64,000 nucleotides of DNA, taken from the NCBI GenBank assembly GCA_951406725.2, contig OX597817.1:173724001-173788000 (forward strand), in the 5' to 3' direction. Below the pieces are notes generated by a model that searched no databases, was not told where the DNA came from, and saw nothing but the letters and a program-made list of their open reading frames with translations. Below, piece after piece: positions 56,329 to 64,000 of the stretch. A program made the position numbers and the translations under genes. Numbering within the stretch: the stretch's first letter is position 1; every line of letters starts with the position of its first letter. The DNA is from Octopus vulgaris. Lineage: Eukaryota.

Positions 56329-57310
56329 CAGACATACACATACGCACACACATTTGTACTGCAAAACCATACAGGCCTGGAACCAACAGATGTAACCTAT
56401 ATTTAGAAGAATTTTACAGGATTCTCACATCCAAGAGCAATGTAATAAATTCTAGAAAGAACTGCACATGAGGAAATTCACATTTGCTAAGAATAGATGA
56501 ATAATTATCAGTTAAACTATACAAGGTTTTGAAATGATGAACTGAAAGTCATTATCCAATAAGAACTTGAAATAGAGATTGTTCACATCTGACTTAATGG
56601 AGAGCTCTACATTATACAGCGCAGAGTTTATAAAAGAAAATAGTTAAACGGCCATACCAAGAGGTATCAAGTTAAGACTCTGAAAAGGCTGCACTGTTTT
56701 ATAATAGGGTTGCAACTGCAATGATGACTAATCAGTGTAACTGAAACATATGTTGGTCTTTGAAAGGTAGTATATAAATCTCTATATATAAAGCTGAAGT
56801 TTTCTGTGTATGGCAGGTTTGGTAGCTTTCAACTAACACTATCTTCTCCGAGACCCTGCGATGCAAGTTGACCAAAATTGAGAGTATGATAGAAGAAGGC
56901 TTGCTCTTCATTCCGTAGAAGAAAAAATTCAAATCAGACCATGTTAACACCAAAAATTATTTACATCAAAAAGGTGCTTTTTTTTCTATGAAAATCTCTA
57001 TTTTTTGACTGTTGTATTGCCATTTTTCAGTGTATTTCAACCAGAAAAAGTGCAATATGCATGCTGTTTCTATCTATGATGATTTTGAAAAGAAAGAAAT
57101 GGAATTGATTCATTCAACTAGAATTCTACTTGTCACCACCACCATTACTTGACTACTGATGTTGGTGTGTTTACGCCCCTGTAACTTAGCAGTTCAGCAA
57201 AAGAGAATAAGTACTAGGCTTACAAAGAATAAGTCCTGGAGTCAATTTGTTCGACTAAAGGTGGTGCTCTAGCATGGCCACAGTCAAATGACTGAAACAA
57301 ATAAAAGAAA

Positions 57311-57347
<37 letters not shown>

Positions 57348-57935
57348 GAAGGGAGAGAGAGGCTTCTGATTGTATGCATTTGTGTGTGTTTAAATTAGAA
57401 GATAATCATTGTTGGATTACATGCTTTTTTTTATCAACTGATGCATAAACATACTCACATATACACACCCAAACTCACACACATACACACAAACATACGC
57501 ATATACAAACACGCACATAAACACACATGCAAACACACACACACACACACATATACATATGTATAGATAAAGAAAACAACAAATATAAATAGAACAGATC
57601 AAAGATGCACCACCACAAAACAGAATTTTTTCTCTCTCTTTTTCAATAAACCCACAATATCTCTCTCAGTGCTCAGAACTGCACTTGATCTGAAGAACAC
57701 AGTAACCCAATTTCTATAAAACTAATAGAGCCTGGATACAACATTTCATTCAAATTTAAGGGTTAGTAATAGTATCCTAACAAAACAAAAAATTTCCCCA
57801 TATCCTGTGTCAGTGTTATTCAGGAGAGGAAAAGGCAGTTAGGGTTAAAAGCTAATTCATGCATCTTTCATGTAAAGCAAACTGTCAGTTCCCCACCCCC
57901 AAAACATTTTTTTTTTTACACTTCAACTCCTTTAC

Positions 57936-58331
57936 TCTTTTACTTGTTTGTCATTTGACTGCGGCCATGCTGGAGCACCACCTTTAGTCGAGCAAATCGA
58001 CCCCAGGACTTATTCTTTGTAAGCCTGGTAATTATTCTGTCGGTCTCTTTTTGCCGAACTGCTAAGTTACAGGGACGTAGACACACCAGCATCGGTTGTC
58101 AAGTGATGTTGGGGGGGACAAACACAGACAAAAAAACATATACACACACACTCACACACACATATACATATATACGACGGGCTTCTTTCAGTTTCCCTCT
58201 ACCAAATCCACTCACAAGGCTTTGGTTGGCCTGAGGCTATAGTAGAAGACACTTGCCCAAGGTGCCACGCAGTGGGGCTGAACCCAGAACCATGTGGTTG
58301 GTAAGCAAGCTACTTACCACACAGCCACTCT
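57936..58331 (-). mobile_element. SINE family A
   Basis: Full-length homologue of 6658-7055. Confidence 0.85.
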
Positions 58332-59679
58332 TCTATCATTGAATATTAAACTCATGTTCATAACTCAGTGTTGTCTTTTAACCAATACTTTCTTCTGTTA
58401 ACTTAGAAGAGAGAAAGTGAGAGAGAGAAAGAGAAAGAGAGAGAGAAAAAGAGAAAGAGAGAGAGAGAGACAGAGGGAGAGAGAGAATAAGAGAGAATAA
58501 AAGAAAGAGACGGAGTGAGAGACAAAGTGATAGAAAGAGAGAGAGAGAGAGAGAGGGGGAGACATGGGGTTGTTGGACTAAAAGAGAGTATACTTTTGCT
58601 TGTTTCAGTCATTAGACTGTGGCCACGCTGGGGCACCGCTTTGAAGAATTTTAGTTGAATGAATCCACCCCAGTACTTTTTAATTTTTTAAGCCTGGTAC
58701 CTATTTGATCATCGGTCTCTTTTGCTGAACCAATAATGTTTCCCTCTCTCTCTCTCTTTCGGAGAGGCACTGAGCAGCTATACGCACACATACACACACG
58801 GCAGTAACTTCCACCTACCGAATTCAATCACAAAGCTCCGGTCGGCTCGGGGCTATAGTGGAAGACACCTACCCAAAGTGCCACGCAGTGGGACTGAACC
58901 CGAAACCATGTAGCTAGGAAGCAAGCTACCTAACCACACAGCCATGGACAAAAACACACTAGCACTGACTGTCAAGCAGTGGTGGGGGACAAACACACAC
59001 ACACACACACACTTCTTTCAGTTTCTGTCTTTCAAGTTCATTCACAAGGCTTTGCTTGGCCCGAGGCTATAGTAGAAGACACTTGCACAAGATGCCACGT
59101 AGTGAGATTGAACCCAGAGCCATGTCGTTGAGAAGCAAGCATCTTACCACACAGAAAGAGAGATGTAAAGCATTTCTTCTAAGAAAATTTGATCCACTGT
59201 CTTGCAGAAACAATGTGTTAGTTAATTTTATTTCTCTTAATATATTATCAATTTATTTGGGGTTTTTTTTTTTGGTGTTGGGGTCCCCTTTATATTATTA
59301 GGCAATGGGCTGGCAGAACTGTTAGCATGCTACACAAAACGCTAAGCAGTATTCCTTCCAGCTTTACATTCTGTGTTCGAACCCCACTCAGGGGCTCGAT
59401 AAAATAAATAACAGTTGAGCTGTGGTAGTGGTGATGGTGGTGTGTCAGGTTAGTTGACTAACACCTTCCCACAAAATTTCAGGATTTGTATCCTTAGAAT
59501 GAATTATTTCTATTAGGTAGATTAGCAAAGCTATTAGAGCATTGTGAAAAATGCTTTGTGGTAATTCTTTGTGGTAATTGAATATAGAATTTGGGCCAGA
59601 TATGGTCAGTTTAAATACTAAAGAGTTAAACCTCTCTCCTTAATGTTTTTAGCTTTGGGTCTAAATCAGGAACCTTATT

Positions 59680-60872
59680 TACATTATTTACATTTGACGA
59701 CTATTTGTCTTCATCTTGTTTGTTGTTAACACAATGTTTCAGCTACTCTCCAACCTTCTTCAGGTGTCTTGGGGAAATTTCGAACCTGGGTTCTCATTCC
59801 TAGGGTATTTTTCGATGTTATTATTATTATTATTGTTGTTGCTGTGGTTGTTCAGGTTACTGCTTGGAATCAAACTCGGAATCTTGGGGTAGTAGCACAC
59901 ACTCTTAACCACTACGCCATATGCCCATGGACAATTATGGAGTGAATTTTTTAGGGCTTATAACTCTAATATTTTTCTATCCTTCCTTAATACCGGTTCC
60001 CATTTGCTGTTCATATCTGCACTCGGTCTGCTTAGGAGGTTGTTGTGTCCTAGCATATCTGCTGCTGCTTTTAGTTTTTGTATTTTCCAATGGTGTTCTC
60101 TGTCTATTATTTTAACTTCATCCCACAGGGGAGGTGGTCTCCGTTTTTCCATACATGATCAATTATACCCAATTTATCAATATCTCCTCGTGTCACTGCT
60201 TTGCGATGTTTGTCTACCCTTATTTTGAGGAGGCGGCATGTTTCACCTTTGTATAACCTAGCACAGCTGCATGGGATGGAGCACATGCAGTCTCTGGTCA
60301 TATTCTCTTCTATTGGTGGTCTTACTCAAAGGAGATATTCGCGAAGTGTTGTATTACTCTTGAATACTGTCCTGATGTCATATGGGCTGCATATCTTTTG
60401 TATCTTTTCAGAGAGGCCTTTCATATTGGGGAAACAGACTGTGGACAGTTTTTTAGCCTCATCCTCTCTCTTTTCATAATTGGAGTGGATAGTATGTTTT
60501 GGGGGTAGTTGTTGCTTAATAGATTGTTATTGAGCTTGATCATGTCTTCGTGGTTTGTATCAGGATCGCTACTTATATTCTTTACTCAATGTTTTAGGCA
60601 CTGAGCAATCCTTCTCTTTATACTGTATGGATGGTGGGAACTGAAGTTGAGGTAACGTCCAGTAAAGGTCAGCTTGCGGTATACGGATGTCCTGAATCCA
60701 TACTTGGTGCGTGTTATTAATACGTCCAGGAATGCCAGCTGATTGTCTTTTTCTTTTTCCATTGTGAACTGTATGGATGGCTTTATTGAGTTCACATGAT
60801 CTAACAGCACTTGGACACCTTCCTGGTGGGGCCAGAGTATAAAGGTGTCACCAACAAATCGTAGCCATAGAG
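59680..60872 (-). mobile_element. 5'-truncated Penelope/Poseidon-type element (RT C-half, GIY-YIG, 3' terminal region)
   Basis: WLRFVGDTF (degenerate YVDD), IQFTMEKE..LAFLDVLI, SVYRKLTFTGRYLNFSSHHP, IPCSCARLYKGETCRLLKIR..H; ORF ends at ~59958. Confidence 0.88.
59728..59768 (-). ncRNA. Degenerate hammerhead-like motif at Penelope 3' end
   Basis: GACAC-CTGAAGA-AGGTTGGAGAGTAGCT-GAAA-CATT-GTGTT. Stem I GACAC/GTGTT; stems II and III weak. Confidence 0.45.
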
Positions 60873-61133
60873 ATGTTTATGAACTGCTCCTTTGTCACTT
60901 CCATTATAGCTTTGTAAAAATAACTGTTAAAATTGAACTGCACTCTTTGAAACCTGCACTAAGAATAAACACATGGTAAAATTACTACCTGCTTTTATAG
61001 CAAGTTGATGCAGGTAGTTTATCCCATCTCCCTCCAACTTTTAATTCATGCAATTGAAAAAAACTGTATTATTTATGGGATGCAGTCCACATGAAGTGTG
61101 ACTTTTAACCTAGTATATGGATTCTTTTTTTTT

Positions 61134-61476
61134 CTTTTTACTTGTTTCGGTCACTTGACAGTGGCCATGCTGGAGTACTGCCTTTAGTCAAACAAATCAA
61201 CCCTGAAACTTATTCTTTGTAAGCCTAGTACTTATTTTATTGATCTCTTTTGCTGAACTGCTAAGTTATGGGGATGTAAACGCACCAACACATACACACA
61301 CACACACATATACAGCAGGCTTCTTTTAGTTTCAATGTACCAAATCCACTCATAAAGCTTTGGTTGGCCCGAGGCTATAGTAGAAGATACTTACCCAAGG
61401 TGCCACACAGTGGGACTGAACCCAGAACCATGTGGTTGGTAAGCAAGCTTCTTACCACATAGCCATTCCTGTGCCT
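61134..61476 (-). mobile_element. SINE family A
   Basis: Homologous to 6658-7055. Confidence 0.8.
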
Positions 61477-62601
61477 ATATTTATATATTATAGTATATTA
61501 TGTAAACAAAGAAAATGTAAATAAGAATATGCAACAAACTAATTAGGCTTAGAAATGAGGTAATGAGGAAGAAAGGGTAATTGACTATATTATAGTCAAT
61601 AGAAATAATACTTAAAAAGACAATTGAAAGTCTTTGAAAGTCTGTTATGGTAAAAGGGAGAATTGTATTCTGGAAAAAGAAAAAGGAAAGAAACTGTTCC
61701 TATTCTGCAAAGTGAAAAGAAGTCTTTGGCATTTGATGTGAAGTGTAGAAGTGGAATGGAGAAAGGCTGCTTGGATAATAAGAAACAGCCAAGTGTGTAA
61801 AATGAAAGAGAAATGGGGGAACAAGGACAGTGTTACACCAAAACACACACACACATAATTTTAGCAGGGGTTTACAAAAAAGAAAAAAACAGATGCTCTT
61901 GTTTGGAAGGTTTAGAACTAAGACTTAAAAATACTGTCTGTCAACAAGAAAAGGGCTGCTGACCAGATAGATGCCAAGAGGTCAGCTAAGTTTGTTGATG
62001 GTTTGAAACTGACTGGAACTCTGAGCATTCAAGTTATCTTTTGTTAAAAGCAATGAAAAAGAAAACGGTGGGTGGCGGTGGTGGTTGATGTTGTTAGTGG
62101 TGGTGGTGGTTGATGTTGGTGGTGGTGATGGTGGTGATGGTGGTAGAGATGATGATGATGGTAGAGGTGTTGTTGTTGCTGTGGCTGGTGGTGGTGGTGG
62201 TGGCAGAACATGTAAAGAGAAAAATAAAACCCAATTACTTGACACATGGAAGTTATCACAAACTAGGTGTCAACTTCAGGTCAGCAAGACTTCATTCAGT
62301 TTTGAGTTAGGAAGACTCAGTGGGAGGTTGTTCCATGTGTGTGCCTTCAATTTCATCAATTCAATAATATTTTTTAAACACCTATTTCACCAGTTTTCCC
62401 AGCCCCACCCCCCACCAGCCTATTTTATATAAGAATAATACTTGAAATATTTTTGTTTTTGTTTTTGTTATTTTTTGGTAATAAGCATCTAGTAGCACCT
62501 GTTGTAGCACTACACCAACCCCTGGGCCATTTAATACCTTGTTATTTGCAAGCAGGAGGGAGGGGGAGAGGCTTATTGTTGTCTCATGATGCAACAACAT
62601 T

Positions 62602-62990
62602 CTCTTTTACTTGTTTCAGTCATGTGACTGTGGCCATGCTGGAGCACCGCATTTAGTCCAGCAAATCGACCCCAGGACTTATTTGTAAGCCTACTACATA
62701 TTCTATCAGCTCTTTTGCTGAACCGCTAGGTTACGGGGACGTAAACACACTAGCATCAGTTGTCAAGCGATGTTGGGGGGACAAACACAAACACACAAAC
62801 ATATACACACACACGTATATATATACATATATACGACGGGCTTCTTTCAGTTTCCGTCTACCAAATCAACTCACAAGGCTTTGGTCAGCCTGAGGCTATG
62901 GTAGAAGACACTTGCCCAAGGTGCCATGCAGTGGGACTGAACCTGGAACCATGTGGTTGGTATGCAAGCTACTTGCCACACAGCCACTCC
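62602..62990 (-). mobile_element. SINE family A
   Basis: Homologous to 6658-7055. Confidence 0.85.
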
Positions 62991-63321
62991 TTACATTTAT
63001 CTTTTATCTTTTACTTGTTTCAGTCACTAGACTGTGGCCATGCCGGAGCACAGCCTTGAAAAGTTTTAGTTGAATGGATTGACCCCATTATTTTATTTTA
63101 AAGTTGATTTCTTTTGCCAAAGACACACATTTCAGTCATAAGACAGTGGCCATGCTGGGGCACCACCATGAAGTCAAACAGATTAACTGTAATACTTATT
63201 TCTATCTTAAGCCTGGTATTTATTCTGTCGGTCTCTTTTTGCCAAGCTGCTAAGTTATGGGGACATAAACACACCAACGCTGGTTATCAAGTGGTGGTGA
63301 TTGGGGTGAGGAAATACAGAC

Positions 63322-63368
<47 letters not shown>

Positions 63369-63856
63369 TATAATACATATATTATTGAAATAAAAATAAG
63401 TTACCCGAAAATTAAACATATTTATAGAAACTGACACCCACAAACATACATGCACAATTCACCTACATACAGACTCCCACAGAAACACAAATATTTTACT
63501 CAAACATCACCATAAACACTTCCAAACATACACATTGACCCTTATACTAAAAACACAATAAATTTCTTCAAATTCAGCAGCTTGGGGCACCAAGCAGTTT
63601 TGGATGAATAGGTTTATCTTTTGATATCTGGTGTCTCTAAACTATAGAAAAAAATGTTATTTTTTTTTTGAAAGACTTTGTAGATTTTTTAAAAAAGATT
63701 TCAGGGAGACTATCTTTATGAAATGTGGCAGTACAGAATGTGGCCCCGTGACTGTAGGGCTCCCTTTGGCGTGGGACCCAATTGGGAGCAATTGATCCAA
63801 TTGGCATAAGGTCAGCCCCGGTAATTACTTTACTGTAAATGATTAGCAATAATAAC

Positions 63857-64000
63857 CTGTGTTTCTTTTTGATATCGGAGAAGACAAGAATGTCATCAGC
63901 ATCGAGTTGTCGGCGGTAGCGTAATAACGAACCTGCACAGGCATTCATTAAACCTTCGTCAGCAACATGAGAAAATATGAAACCTTCAGCACGAATAAAG
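63857..64000 (-). CDS. BtpA/SgcQ-family protein, internal exon (continues beyond window end)
   Basis: Translates FIRAEGFIFSHVADEGLMNACAGSLLRYRRQLDADDILVFSDIKKKH(S). FIRAEGF..HVADEG and DIKKKH are BtpA-family motifs. Ends CACAG|GTTATT, a phase-2 donor that matches the next exon. Confidence 0.92.

Noticed and set aside
56775-57050. Possible Helitron-like 5' end (TCTCTATATATAAAGCTG); similar at ~7808-8280
   Set aside because: No 3' hairpin/CTRR end or second copy found in the window, so it is too weak to call.
63637-63856. C-terminal part of ORF 63637-63948
   Set aside because: Intron read-through past the donor at 63856; family similarity stops at KKKH.

Overview
AT-rich, repeat-saturated eukaryotic genomic DNA with spliceosomal introns. 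The repeat spectrum (tRNA-headed SINEs, RTE LINEs with (ATG)n tails, abundant (TA)n/(CA)n/(TATG)n) suggests a mollusc, most likely an octopus; this is inference. The only host gene I can support is the 3' part of a minus-strand BtpA/SgcQ-family TIM-barrel gene: three exons (63857-64000+, 51658-51785, 39701-39900) joined in frame by two ~12 kb GT-AG introns. The rest is mostly mobile-element debris: a young 5'-truncated RTE LINE with a PHD-like finger inside its RT, other RTE fragments, two distinct Penelope-like elements, R4/Dong-like and CR1 fragments, mariner remnants, TTAA-flanked and other MITEs, and at least five SINE families. The most interesting signals are (i) short fold-back elements in (TA)n tracts, some carrying hammerhead-ribozyme cores, and (ii) a tRNA-like Pol III module directly upstream of a hammerhead-like motif at the 3' end of a Penelope element. 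Almost all ORFs in the supplied track are microsatellite or repeat artefacts. Repeat boundaries are read by eye and are approximate. SINE family letters are my own labels.
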